A stretch of 64,000 nucleotides of DNA from a virus. The DNA lies in IMG/VR virus record IMGVR_UViG_3300027244_000003, one strand, 5' to 3'. This document shows, piece by piece, positions 19,322 through 28,151 of this stretch. Numbering within the stretch: the stretch's first letter is position 1; the number at the start of each line of letters is the position of its first letter. The notes below the pieces were generated by a model. It searched no databases and had not been told where the DNA came from. It was given only the letters and a program-made list of their open reading frames with translations. The translations under genes and the position numbers were made by a program.

Positions 19322-20485
19322 ATGATGGCAAAATGTGATGTGGCTTTTCGTGCGACTTTTGAGGAAAAACTCAATGAGATGTTTCCTGACATCAAAACTA
19401 AAGGTACGGTATCCCGACCTCAGTTGATTGAGTGTATGGCTAAACTTAAGACTGACAAATATCCTTTGTGGCTCATGAAGAATAAACTTGGTCGTGGTTT
19501 GTATGCCATCGATGGTGGTGTTCCTGCAGTTGAAGGTAACACTGTTCGTAAACCTGTAGCTGTTGTAGAATCTTTCACTGTGGACTATACGAATACTGAT
19601 TCATTGATTCCTAAGAAGGATCCGAACTTTGTACCATTCGGTAACTACAATGATCTTGAAACTATTATCAAGACTAAGATTTTCTATCCTGTGTTTGTTT
19701 CTGGTCCAACTGGGAATGGCAAGTCCACGATGGTTGAACAAATTTGTGCCAAGCACAAACGTCCTCTGATTCGTGTTAACTTAAACATGATGACTGATGA
19801 AGAACAACTCATTGGCTCCAAGACTTTGGAAAATGGTAATGTCGAGATCATCGAAGGTCCAGTCTTGATCGCCATGCGAACTGGAACTGCACTCTTGCTT
19901 GATGAGATTGATGCTGGCTCTGCAAATACTTTGCTTTGCTTGCAACCGATTCTTGAGGGTAAGCCATATTACTTCAAGTTGAAGAACGAGATGATTGTTC
20001 CAGCTGAAGGATTCAATATGTTTGCAACAGCAAACACTAAGGGTAAGGGTAGCGATGATGGTCGTTACATTGGTACTAACGTGCTCAACGAAGCATTCTT
20101 GGAACGATTCGCTGTTACGTTTGAGCAGGATTACCCAAGTGCTAAGATTGAGCAAAAGATTGTTGAGAATCTGATGGACTTCTACGGATGCAAAGATGTA
20201 GAATTCGCAGAGACATTGGTTAAATGGGCAGACGCAATTCGTCGCACCTTTGCCGATGGTGGCGTGGATGAAAATATTACGACTCGTCGTATGATCCACA
20301 TTGTGCGTGCGTTTGCAATCTTCAAGAGTCGTACGAAAGCAGTAGAACTTTGCTGCAATCGTTTCGACTCCGCAACGAAGACTGCATTCATGGACTTGTT
20401 TGAGAAGGTTGCAAACCCTGCTCCTGAGGTAGTACCTACACCAGAAGTTGCTGCAATCGATCCTACCGATGAGGTTCCATTTTAA
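19322..20485 (+). CDS. cobS: CobS/MoxR-like AAA+ ATPase
   Basis: GPTGNGKS, LLLDEID, ATANTKGKGSDDGRYIGTNVLNEAFLERF, typical of T4-like phage CobS. Confidence 0.9.
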   Translation: MMAKCDVAFRATFEEKLNEMFPDIKTKGTVSRPQLIECMAKLKTDKYPLWLMKNKLGRGLYAIDGGVPAVEGNTVRKPVAVVESFTVDYTNTDSLIPKKDPNFVPFGNYNDLETIIKTKIFYPVFVSGPTGNGKSTMVEQICAKHKRPLIRVNLNMMTDEEQLIGSKTLENGNVEIIEGPVLIAMRTGTALLLDEIDAGSANTLLCLQPILEGKPYYFKLKNEMIVPAEGFNMFATANTKGKGSDDGRYIGTNVLNEAFLERFAVTFEQDYPSAKIEQKIVENLMDFYGCKDVEFAETLVKWADAIRRTFADGGVDENITTRRMIHIVRAFAIFKSRTKAVELCCNRFDSATKTAFMDLFEKVANPAPEVVPTPEVAAIDPTDEVPF

Positions 20486-20487
20486 AC

Positions 20488-20516
20488 TTGTCTTACATTG
20501 AAACTTGTTGTATAAT
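20488..20516 (+). promoter_or_regulatory. Sigma70-type promoter
   Basis: TTGTCT-N17-TATAAT. Confidence 0.8.
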
Positions 20517-20548
20517 TCTGTCTTGAACTTTGAAAAAGGAAATTTGTT

Positions 20549-21031
20549 ATGTTGAAATTCGCTAATTTGTCTATGTCCCAGAAGAAATTTGTTGTGTCTG
20601 TTATTGAGAGCAATCCTCAATACAAGAAAGACCCACAGATTACTTTGAAGGAATGTGCTTCCATCTATTACACCTTGCGTGATCAACGGACTGGTGTTAA
20701 GGGTGAGAAGATTGGTTATCCTAACTGGTTGTTCAATAAGAACAAGGTTGAGCGTGGTGTATACCAACTTCCTGTTCCTACTGCTGTTGAGTTGTCGCAA
20801 TTTGCGAAAGACTCTGCTGTGAAACCAGCTAAGGCTAAACCTGTTAAGGTTGCTAAGGTTAAAGTTGTGAAAGCACCTGCTAAGAAAGCAGTTGCAGTCA
20901 AGACACCTGTTGCTAAGGAAGACAACATGGAGATCTCTCGTCTGCAGAAGATCATTGATGACTCAGTTGAAGTTGATTCTGATACTGAAGACTTCAATGC
21001 GATCCTGCGTGAGAATGGTATCCAAGTTTAA
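20549..21031 (+). CDS. Hypothetical DNA-binding protein with Lys/Ala/Pro-rich tail
   Basis: YPNWL..NK.ERGVY motif; PAKAKPVKVAK... histone-like segment. Confidence 0.6.
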   Translation: MLKFANLSMSQKKFVVSVIESNPQYKKDPQITLKECASIYYTLRDQRTGVKGEKIGYPNWLFNKNKVERGVYQLPVPTAVELSQFAKDSAVKPAKAKPVKVAKVKVVKAPAKKAVAVKTPVAKEDNMEISRLQKIIDDSVEVDSDTEDFNAILRENGIQV

Positions 21032-21038
21032 TTTTCCG

Positions 21039-21079
21039 AGAAGGTTGGGGTAATTGCCATCGCCCCACCTTCTTTTTTT
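21039..21079 (+). terminator. Rho-independent terminator
   Basis: agaaggttgggg...ccccaccttct followed by a T run. Confidence 0.7.
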
Positions 21080-21115
21080 AATTTTAATGATGGTTTAATT
21101 ATGGAGATATTATCT

Positions 21116-21382
21116 ATGTCGAAGCAAGAAAAATTGTTGGAGAATCTAAAGGCTGGAAAAGAATTTACTGCTAAGCAGATCAAAGGTTCTTTCCAGATCG
21201 CACATCCAGCATCTGCAATTCGCAATTTACGTGAGCAAGGTTATGCTGTTTACAGCAACAGTGCAAAATTGCATGATGGTACATTGACTACCAAGTATCG
21301 TCTTGGTCAGCCAAGCAAGCGTATGGTTCGCATTGCTAATGCTGTTATGGGTGCATCTGTGTTTAGCGCACGACGTGCTTAA
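21116..21382 (+). CDS. Winged helix-turn-helix protein
   Basis: FTAKQI, I.NLREQGY.V and KYRLG pattern; GGAG SD. Confidence 0.7.
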   Translation: MSKQEKLLENLKAGKEFTAKQIKGSFQIAHPASAIRNLREQGYAVYSNSAKLHDGTLTTKYRLGQPSKRMVRIANAVMGASVFSARRA

Positions 21383-21389
21383 TTGACGT

Positions 21390-21428
21390 ATGAGTCAGGA
21401 TATTCTTCGGAGTATCTTGACTCATTTT
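21390..21428 (+). terminator. Long hairpin terminator with UUCG loop
   Basis: atgagtcaggatattc-TTCG-gagtatcttgactcat-ttt (16-bp stem including G-U pairs). Confidence 0.75.
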
Positions 21429-21446
21429 ATATTATGGAGACATGCG

Positions 21447-21815
21447 ATGCCAATTGGTGATGTTAAAGGTGATGGATTCATTTCCAAAGAAGACATTAAA
21501 AAGTCCCAGACTGCCACGACAGGTGGGCGAAAATTTGATGGTGGTAAACTTCAATATGGTTTACTACCACCACTCGCATTAAAAGCGACTGTAGAAATCC
21601 TAACATTTGGTGCAGAGAAATATGAGCCAGATAATTGGAAAGTAGTTCCTGACTCAAAACGTAGATACTTTGACGCAATGCAAAGACATCTTTGGGCATG
21701 GAAAGAGGGAGAACAAGATGATCCCGAAACTGGAAAGAATCACTTGGCACATGCAATGTGTTGTCTAATGTTTCTTTATGAACACGATGTGAAGTATTCT
21801 AAGGAAATTAAATGA
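21447..21815 (+). CDS. dATP/dGTP diphosphohydrolase-like protein (DUF5664 family)
   Basis: KFDGGK, LTFGAEKY...NW, RH..AW..GE..DPETG..HLAHA.C motifs. Confidence 0.8.
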   Translation: MPIGDVKGDGFISKEDIKKSQTATTGGRKFDGGKLQYGLLPPLALKATVEILTFGAEKYEPDNWKVVPDSKRRYFDAMQRHLWAWKEGEQDDPETGKNHLAHAMCCLMFLYEHDVKYSKEIK

Positions 21816-22165
21816 CTCTTGAACAGATCTTAGTAGCAACTGCAGTTTGGATGGTTCTTGTAGCCATTGTGTTTACTCACTCTAACTGGGGTAAGATTCG
21901 TGCTTGTTTTGGTATGTGGCTTACTCGAGAGTACTGGACTAACTACAACACGGTAGAGTTTGCCAGTTGGGCAGCAAAGGCAGTTATCATCATCCCTGGA
22001 CTTATCTTTGGTATCCAGCTTTGGTGGTTGTACTTCTTCACTCTTGCAACCTCGCTGTCTCTCATCTGGGCAAGCAATAAGAAGTTGCTCCCAACTCTTA
22101 TTGGATTCAACATCGTGTGGACTTGGATCAGTTGCATGGTTTTGGCTCAACATTTAATCAAATAA
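21812..22165 (+). CDS. Small multi-pass membrane protein
   Basis: Several hydrophobic Trp-rich segments; ATGA overlap with the previous gene. Confidence 0.65.
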   Translation: MTLEQILVATAVWMVLVAIVFTHSNWGKIRACFGMWLTREYWTNYNTVEFASWAAKAVIIIPGLIFGIQLWWLYFFTLATSLSLIWASNKKLLPTLIGFNIVWTWISCMVLAQHLIK

Positions 22166-22167
22166 AT

Positions 22168-22196
22168 TTGATTATTTTTGATTTTGAATGTATAAT
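22168..22196 (+). promoter_or_regulatory. Sigma70-type promoter of the clamp operon
   Basis: TTGATT-N17-TATAAT. Confidence 0.65.
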
Positions 22197-22229
22197 TTTT
22201 ATACATAGTTATTATTAATTGGAGAAAAT

Positions 22230-22895
22230 ATGAAATTATCTAAAGACACAATCGAACTGATCAAGAACTTTGCTACAATCAACAGCAATCTTCTATTGAA
22301 AGAGGGATCAAAACTCTCTACAATCTCAGCCCAGAAAAACGTGATGGCTGATGTTGATGTCACAGAAACATTCCCATCATTTGGCATCTATGATCTAAAT
22401 GAATTCTTAGCTGCAATGTCTTTGTTCGATGACCCAGAGTTGACATTCAGTCCAGACAATAAGTCTGTAGTTTTCTCACAGGGTGGTATTGGTAGTTATA
22501 AATTCTTTGCAGCTGATGCAAGTGTTCTAACTGCACCAACAAAGGAAATTACTTTCCCTGCTCATGAGATTGAGTTTGATATGTCAGCTGCATTGCTGAA
22601 TCTTATTCACAAGTCTGGCTCTGTTTCTCGTTCAGCAGACGTATCTGTTATTGGCGATGGATCAAAGATGACTGTTTATGTTGGTGACAAAAAGAATGCG
22701 ACTGCAAATGCATTCAGTAATGTTGTTGGAACAACTGACAAAACCTTTAAGGTAAACTTAAAGGTTGAGAATCTGAAGATGCTTCCAGGAGATTACAAAG
22801 TTAGTATTTCCAGCAAAAAGATTTCTCGTTTCAAGAGCAATCGTAGTTTAGTTTATTATGTAGCAGTTGAGGCAGATTCTACCTTCGAAGTCTAA
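22230..22895 (+). CDS. gp45: Sliding clamp
   Basis: MKLS..T...KNFATIN, FGIYDLNEFL, NLKMLPGDY.V, YYVAVE. Confidence 0.95.
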   Translation: MKLSKDTIELIKNFATINSNLLLKEGSKLSTISAQKNVMADVDVTETFPSFGIYDLNEFLAAMSLFDDPELTFSPDNKSVVFSQGGIGSYKFFAADASVLTAPTKEITFPAHEIEFDMSAALLNLIHKSGSVSRSADVSVIGDGSKMTVYVGDKKNATANAFSNVVGTTDKTFKVNLKVENLKMLPGDYKVSISSKKISRFKSNRSLVYYVAVEADSTFEV

Positions 22896-22905
22896 TAGAT
22901 AGATT

Positions 22906-24381
22906 ATGAAGAAAATAATTGTACTAGGCGCAGGAACAGCAGGGTTAATCACTGCTCTCATTCTTAAATCTACCTTTCCGAAGTATCAAATCTCAGTTAT
23001 TGAGTCTGGTGCGATTGGTATTATTGGAGTTGGTGAAGGTTCAACAGAACACTGGAAGATATTCACTGACTATTGTGGTATCAATACCAACAGATTGATT
23101 CGAGAGACAGATGGTGCTCTTAAGAAGGGTATCAAATTTGAGAATTGGAATGGTGATGGTGCATCTTATTTTCACTCATTGTCTCCTCCATTCTTTGATG
23201 AGTTTACAGACAGTGGTCAACGTCTAAATTTTACGAAGTCTATGATCCATAAAGGTATTCCAACTGAAGATATTCTATTGGATACCAACTTTGTAACACA
23301 ACAATCTGGTATTCAAAGCACTAATCAATATCATTTTAACACTATGAAGTTAAATAAATTTCTTCATGATGTGTGTAAAGAAAAGGGTATTAATTTCACA
23401 GATGCCATTATTGATCAAGTGATGTTCTCAGAAAATGGAGATGTTGCTAAGTTAATAGACAATGCTGGTATTGAATATGTTGCAGATATCTTCATTGATA
23501 GTTCTGGATTCAAGAGAGTGATTTCTTCTAAGCAGGGTGCTAAGTGGATCTCATATAAAAAATATCTGCCAATGAATCATGCATTAGCATTTCCAACAAA
23601 TGATATTTCTGATCTAAAACCCTATACACTTTCACGTGCTCTTGGCTCTGGTTGGAACTGGAGAATTTCTACTCAAGGAAGGTATGGTAATGGTTATGTA
23701 TTTTGTGATGAGTTCATTGATGCAACTAAAGCCCATGAAGAAATACAATCATTCTATACTGAAGAAGTAAAGGTAGCGAAGGATATTAAATTTGATGCTG
23801 GTCGTGTAGACAAATATTGGATTGACAACTGTATCTCTGTTGGTCTTTCTGCATCATTTGTAGAACCACTTGAAGCATCTAGTATTGGTAACTCAATCCT
23901 ACAGGCTTTTGGCATTGCAAAGTTGCTACCTCTTTGGGAACTTGACCGAAAGTACGCAGAGAAGTATAATAAAGACTTCACTAGGTGCTTTGACAATATT
24001 GTTGACTTTGTTCAGTTACATTACATGACCAAAAGAAATGATACTTTGTTCTGGAGAACTTTACCTGAGATGATGACTAAGACAGATTTTATCAAGGAAC
24101 ATTTAGAGATCTTTAAAAAGACAATACCGAATCAATCTCTTTTTATGGGCGAGTATCATATGTTCCAATCTCCAAATTGGGCTCAAGTAATGAATGGTCT
24201 TGGTTTATTGGATAAAGAATACATTAGCAATAAGTTACAAGAAGTTAGTGGAGAAGGTGCTATTAAAGATTCATACGGAAGGTATGATGCATATCTAAAT
24301 GATACAGAAAAGGGTTCTTACATCGAACACAAGACACTATTAGAACAGAATAGGATTGTTGTTAAACTTGACAGACGTTAA
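22906..24381 (+). CDS. Flavin-dependent tryptophan halogenase-like protein
   Basis: GAGTAG, GVGEGS, K.GIKF, WNWRI (WxWxI), FVEPLEAS motifs. Confidence 0.88.
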   Translation: MKKIIVLGAGTAGLITALILKSTFPKYQISVIESGAIGIIGVGEGSTEHWKIFTDYCGINTNRLIRETDGALKKGIKFENWNGDGASYFHSLSPPFFDEFTDSGQRLNFTKSMIHKGIPTEDILLDTNFVTQQSGIQSTNQYHFNTMKLNKFLHDVCKEKGINFTDAIIDQVMFSENGDVAKLIDNAGIEYVADIFIDSSGFKRVISSKQGAKWISYKKYLPMNHALAFPTNDISDLKPYTLSRALGSGWNWRISTQGRYGNGYVFCDEFIDATKAHEEIQSFYTEEVKVAKDIKFDAGRVDKYWIDNCISVGLSASFVEPLEASSIGNSILQAFGIAKLLPLWELDRKYAEKYNKDFTRCFDNIVDFVQLHYMTKRNDTLFWRTLPEMMTKTDFIKEHLEIFKKTIPNQSLFMGEYHMFQSPNWAQVMNGLGLLDKEYISNKLQEVSGEGAIKDSYGRYDAYLNDTEKGSYIEHKTLLEQNRIVVKLDRR

Positions 24382-24396
24382 TTGAAGGAATATATT

Positions 24397-24723
24397 ATGA
24401 AACATGAAGGAACTGCTTTGACATCTACTCTTAACAATGAGTGGATGTTTAAAAAACTTTGGGTAGAAGATTTAGTTAGTGATGATGAACCAGATGCAAA
24501 AACTATCTGGAGATATGTATTACGAAGTAACTGTTATGTTAAATCTGAAAGGCAAGATATTGCCCCACATAATTTAAAGGATAGTGATTTTCGTAAAGTT
24601 TCTACAAGACTTTATATTCAAAAAGAAAGGAATAGCAAACTACATGGGCATTTCATTTCAAATTTTGAATGGAATGATCTTGTGACTAGATCAAATCTCC
24701 ACAACTTTACAGTAGAACTTTAA
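24397..24723 (+). CDS. Hypothetical protein
   Basis: ORF filling the gap between the halogenase and gp44; AAGGA SD. Confidence 0.5.
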   Translation: MKHEGTALTSTLNNEWMFKKLWVEDLVSDDEPDAKTIWRYVLRSNCYVKSERQDIAPHNLKDSDFRKVSTRLYIQKERNSKLHGHFISNFEWNDLVTRSNLHNFTVEL

Positions 24724-24724
24724 T

Positions 24725-25678
24725 ATGATTGAATCCCGTGATAACCAATTTCTTTGGGTAGAAAAGTATCGCCCACAGACTATTGATGAGTGTGTACTTC
24801 CCGAAGCACTAAAGAATACTTTTAAAGAGTATATCGCTAAAGGCGAACTACCAACATTTATGTTTACTGGAACAGCAGGTGTCGGTAAGACTACTGTTGC
24901 TAAAGCACTATGTAATGAAGTTGGTGCAGAGTATCTTATGATCAATGGATCAGATGAAGGTCGTTTGCTGGAGACTCTCCGAGTTGCCATCACTGGCTTT
25001 GCTTCTACTGTTTCATTAACTGATGCCAAGAAGGTCGTCATTATCGATGAAGCAGACTACATGAAAGCAGATACAGTTCAACCAGCACTGCGTTCATTCA
25101 TTGAAGAATTTAGTAACAACTGTCGCTTCATCTTTACATGTAACTATAAAAATCGTATCATTGAACCACTCCACAGTCGTTGTTCAGTTATCGATTTTAA
25201 GATCGAACCAAAAGACAAACAGTTACTTGCAGGAACTTTCTTCAAACGTGCAACACAGATTCTTAAACAAGAGAATGTTGAGTTTGATCCTAAGGTAGTT
25301 GCAGAACTTGTCACGAAACATTTCCCAGATTATCGTAGGGTTCTAAACGAACTTCAGCGTTACAGTGTTTCAGGTAAGATCGACTCTGGTATTCTAGTCA
25401 ATACCAGTCAAGAATCCTATAAAGATCTAATCAAATTCCTCAAAGAAAAAGACTTCACTAATGCTAGAAAGTGGGTTGGAAAGAACTCGGATTCTGATAC
25501 AGTTGGATTGTTTAGAGAACTTTATGATAACTCAGTGAGTTTCCTAATGCCAGATAGCATCCCTGCGCTTGTATTGATCTTGGCTAAATATCAATATCAA
25601 GGAGCATTCGTTGCTGACCATGAACTAAATATAATGGCAGCACTCACAGAAATTATGGTCGAGTGCAAATTCAAGTAA
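24725..25678 (+). CDS. gp44: Clamp loader large subunit
   Basis: LWVEKYRP, GTAGVGKT, IIDEAD, PLHSRC. Confidence 0.96.
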   Translation: MIESRDNQFLWVEKYRPQTIDECVLPEALKNTFKEYIAKGELPTFMFTGTAGVGKTTVAKALCNEVGAEYLMINGSDEGRLLETLRVAITGFASTVSLTDAKKVVIIDEADYMKADTVQPALRSFIEEFSNNCRFIFTCNYKNRIIEPLHSRCSVIDFKIEPKDKQLLAGTFFKRATQILKQENVEFDPKVVAELVTKHFPDYRRVLNELQRYSVSGKIDSGILVNTSQESYKDLIKFLKEKDFTNARKWVGKNSDSDTVGLFRELYDNSVSFLMPDSIPALVLILAKYQYQGAFVADHELNIMAALTEIMVECKFK

Positions 25679-25686
25679 GGGAATAT

Positions 25687-26019
25687 ATGGACTTATTACT
25701 ACATTTGTTTTACATGGCTGTAGTTTTTGCTATTGGATTTATCTGGGGCTGGAGAGAACGTGAGAACTTTGCATCTAAAAAAGTAGATGCACTATTAATG
25801 CACATTGACAGTAGTGTGCACGAACGAATAGAAGAATCCAGAATAGATATAAAGATAGAAAAACATAAAGATGTTTACTATGCCTATGATAAAGACAACA
25901 ACACCTTTATGGCTCAGGGGAGCACTAAAAAAGAATTAGAGGAAGTACTTGCATCTAAGTATTCCAATAAAAGATTCTTTGCTGATAGAGATAATTTGAA
26001 GGAAGTTGGATTACAATGA
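25687..26019 (+). CDS. Hypothetical protein with N-terminal TM segment
   Basis: Hydrophobic N-terminus; F.AQG motif. Confidence 0.6.
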   Translation: MDLLLHLFYMAVVFAIGFIWGWRERENFASKKVDALLMHIDSSVHERIEESRIDIKIEKHKDVYYAYDKDNNTFMAQGSTKKELEEVLASKYSNKRFFADRDNLKEVGLQ

Positions 26020-26195
26020 CTGAACTATATCAAAAAGATGGAAGGTCTGCATCTATAGAAAAACAGATGACTAATGACTACATGGTAACATTTAATAATG
26101 AACTCGGTGGAAACCAGATGGAAACCTTCCATACTGAAAAGCAAGCCATTGATGCAGCGCAACGATGGATAATTAAAGATTATGAGCCCATTTGA
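26016..26195 (+). CDS. Small hypothetical protein (59 aa, MTELYQKDGR...)
   Basis: ATGA overlap with the previous stop; fills the gap to gp62. Confidence 0.55.
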   Translation: MTELYQKDGRSASIEKQMTNDYMVTFNNELGGNQMETFHTEKQAIDAAQRWIIKDYEPI

Positions 26196-26562
26196 TTTCT
26201 TAAATGCAATAAATGATACAAAGAAAAACTTATTTGAAGACCCACAGGCTGCAAAGGATTATAAACCATTCATTGTAAATAGAGGACTTTCGTATTTCCA
26301 CGATACTGTTCTTTACGCTAACGAGATGAACAAACATCCCGAACTAGATAAAGACCAGCAATTTTCTTTTTTCCTAAATATTATTTCAAGGAAGAAGCGT
26401 TTCAGTAAGTGGTCTAAAAAAGATGCAACTACTGACTCCATCGAACTTGTTAAAGAGTATTTTGGGTATTCGAGCGAGAAGGCTAAAGATGCATTGAGCC
26501 TTCTTAGTGAAGAACACTTGATTATGATAAAAGAAAAATTATACAAAGGTGGAAAATCATGA
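26182..26562 (+). CDS. gp62: Clamp loader small subunit
   Basis: PFDFLNAIN, Y.PFIVNRGLS, ANEMN, KKRFSKW, YFGYS.EKA. Confidence 0.93.
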   Translation: MSPFDFLNAINDTKKNLFEDPQAAKDYKPFIVNRGLSYFHDTVLYANEMNKHPELDKDQQFSFFLNIISRKKRFSKWSKKDATTDSIELVKEYFGYSSEKAKDALSLLSEEHLIMIKEKLYKGGKS

Positions 26563-26978
26563 CTGTCGAAATGATTTATTACGACTGGAAACCAGAGTCG
26601 ATGCTTGAAGTGACATTGCCAGAACCAGATAACTTCTTAAAGGTTCGAGAAACACTTACTCGAATCGGCATTGCTTCCAGAAAAGAAAACAAATTATATC
26701 AATCCTGCCATATTTTACATAAGCAGGGTAGATACTTCATCGTCCATTTCAAAGAGTTGTTTGCTCTGGATGGTAAAGAATCGAATATCACTAGTGGTGA
26801 TATCGAGCGTAGAAATGCAATCGCTGGTTTGCTACAGGATTGGGATCTTTTAAAGATACTAAATAATTCTCAAGCGGATCAGAAAGCATCTCTGTCGCAA
26901 ATTAAGGTCGTATCGTTTAAAGAGAAAGACCAATGGGAACTAGTACCGAAATATAACATAGGAAAAAAATCAAAATGA
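26559..26978 (+). CDS. regA: Translational repressor RegA
   Basis: FLKVRETLTRIGIAS, LYQSCHILHKQGRY.IVHFKELF. Confidence 0.97.
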   Translation: MTVEMIYYDWKPESMLEVTLPEPDNFLKVRETLTRIGIASRKENKLYQSCHILHKQGRYFIVHFKELFALDGKESNITSGDIERRNAIAGLLQDWDLLKILNNSQADQKASLSQIKVVSFKEKDQWELVPKYNIGKKSK

Positions 26979-27139
26979 TTAAACTTGAACTTGAAATTAA
27001 TGAAGTTAACATGCTACTTGCAGTGTTGGGAAAGCATCCTTTCGAGGAAGTTGTTAAAGTGATCAGCAAGATCAAACAACAAGGTGACCCACAAGCAGAA
27101 GCACTTGCACAAGCAGCAGCAGAACTACCTGCTGCGTAA
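26975..27139 (+). CDS. Small hypothetical protein (54 aa, MIKLELEINEVN...)
   Basis: ATGA overlap with the regA stop; helical pattern L.KHPFEEV..I.KIK.Q. Confidence 0.65.
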   Translation: MIKLELEINEVNMLLAVLGKHPFEEVVKVISKIKQQGDPQAEALAQAAAELPAA

Positions 27140-27143
27140 CCAA

Positions 27144-27292
27144 TTCGCCTTAGGACCACTAAAGTACGAATCGTTGGTAAAGCGGATGTGACGAACGACA
27201 TCGCTGGAACTCGTAACCAGTATTTTAACACGGCTCTCTTCTTTTCGCCTTCGGGGATTTGCTTGAGAGTTTTCCAACTCGCTTAATAGGAG
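27144..27292 (+). ncRNA. Candidate structured RNA / 5' leader upstream of the hsp20 operon
   Basis: GC-richer non-coding stretch with several hairpins (GATGT/ACATC, CTGG/CCAG, CTCTC/GAGAG, CTC/GAG over the SD). Confidence 0.35.
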
Positions 27293-27299
27293 CAAAACA

Positions 27300-27524
27300 A
27301 TGTTGAATAACATTAACACAGCCATCGATTCTTTCCAAGGAATCAAAACTAAATTCGTTGAGACCTGCGTCAAAAACGAAGAACTCAAAAAACCACTTAA
27401 TCAATTTATTGAAGCGCAATCTTCTTTCGCAAAGATCGTGGCTAAAGCACATGTAGACTTTTATACGTCTCTTGGTCTTTCAGCTTACACATTCGATGCC
27501 AAAAAAGCATTTGCTAAACAATAA
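27300..27524 (+). CDS. Small amphipathic helical protein (possibly phasin-like)
   Basis: AGGAG SD; 74 aa with an amphipathic pattern. Confidence 0.6.
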   Translation: MLNNINTAIDSFQGIKTKFVETCVKNEELKKPLNQFIEAQSSFAKIVAKAHVDFYTSLGLSAYTFDAKKAFAKQ

Positions 27525-27534
27525 GGAGATTGAT

Positions 27535-28014
27535 ATGGGAAACAATTTCACACCCACATTCTGGGGCACTAAAGATATGGACAAATTTCTTATCGGTTTC
27601 GATGAGCAGTTTAATCGTCTACAGAAATTTCATGACGACATGTCCAAGAACATTCCTAACTATCCACCATACAATATCGTCAAGAGAGATGAGAACAACT
27701 ACACCATTGAGTTGGCTGTGGCAGGTTTTGGTCAATCTGACATTGATATCGAAATGGAGAATGGTAAGTTGACTGTTCGTGGTAGCATCAAAACCGAAGA
27801 AGCTGAAGATAATTTCTTGTTCAGAGGTATTGCAAATCGTGCGTTCAGTCGAGCGTTTGCTTTGAATGATGAAGTTGAAGTTAAAGATGCAGAACTCTTT
27901 AATGGCATGCTTAAGATTTTCTTGGAGCGTTTGATTCCAGATGCTAAGAAGCCAAAGAAGATTGTTGTAAAGTCTAAAAGCGAAAAACAATTATTGAATG
28001 AGGACATCCTATGA
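27535..28014 (+). CDS. hsp20: Small heat-shock protein Hsp20/IbpA
   Basis: NYPPYNI, IELAVAGF, RGIA.RAF.R.F.L, A.L.NGML.I; TAAGGAG SD. Confidence 0.95.
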   Translation: MGNNFTPTFWGTKDMDKFLIGFDEQFNRLQKFHDDMSKNIPNYPPYNIVKRDENNYTIELAVAGFGQSDIDIEMENGKLTVRGSIKTEEAEDNFLFRGIANRAFSRAFALNDEVEVKDAELFNGMLKIFLERLIPDAKKPKKIVVKSKSEKQLLNEDIL

Positions 28015-28109
28015 AATCAATCAAAAAGTTTTTCACTAATCTTCTTGAAGCACTCATTGAGGCTAGACATGCCAGAGCAGATGCTGCTTCGAAAAGAATA
28101 GGTAGATAA
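28011..28109 (+). CDS. Very small basic protein (32 aa, MKSIKKFFTNLLEALIEAR...)
   Basis: ATGA overlap with the hsp20 stop; GAGG SD; followed by a hairpin. Confidence 0.5.
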   Translation: MKSIKKFFTNLLEALIEARHARADAASKRIGR

Positions 28110-28119
28110 GTCATACAAT

Positions 28120-28145
28120 TTTAGGGGTCTTCGGATCCCTAAATA
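28120..28145 (+). terminator. UUCG hairpin overlapping a late-promoter core
   Basis: tttaggggtc-TTCG-gatccctaaa; CCTAAATA at 28138-28145. Confidence 0.6.
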
Positions 28146-28151
28146 ATTTGT

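Noticed and set aside
19322-20485. Cobalamin biosynthesis role for cobS
   Set aside because: No cobN or other cob genes; the phage protein is better read as a MoxR-type AAA partner of the vWA protein.
19781-20800. 339-aa minus-strand ORF
   Set aside because: Antisense shadow of the CobS-like gene and its neighbour; no recognisable motif, SD or promoter.
24368-24396. TTGACA-N17-TATATT promoter
   Set aside because: Its start site would fall downstream of the adjacent ATG and the -10 is imperfect; cannot be supported without TSS data.
27144-27230. Possible tRNA or known ribozyme
   Set aside because: No cloverleaf, T-loop GTTCRA or CCA arrangement, and no hammerhead core; kept only as an unassigned structured RNA candidate.
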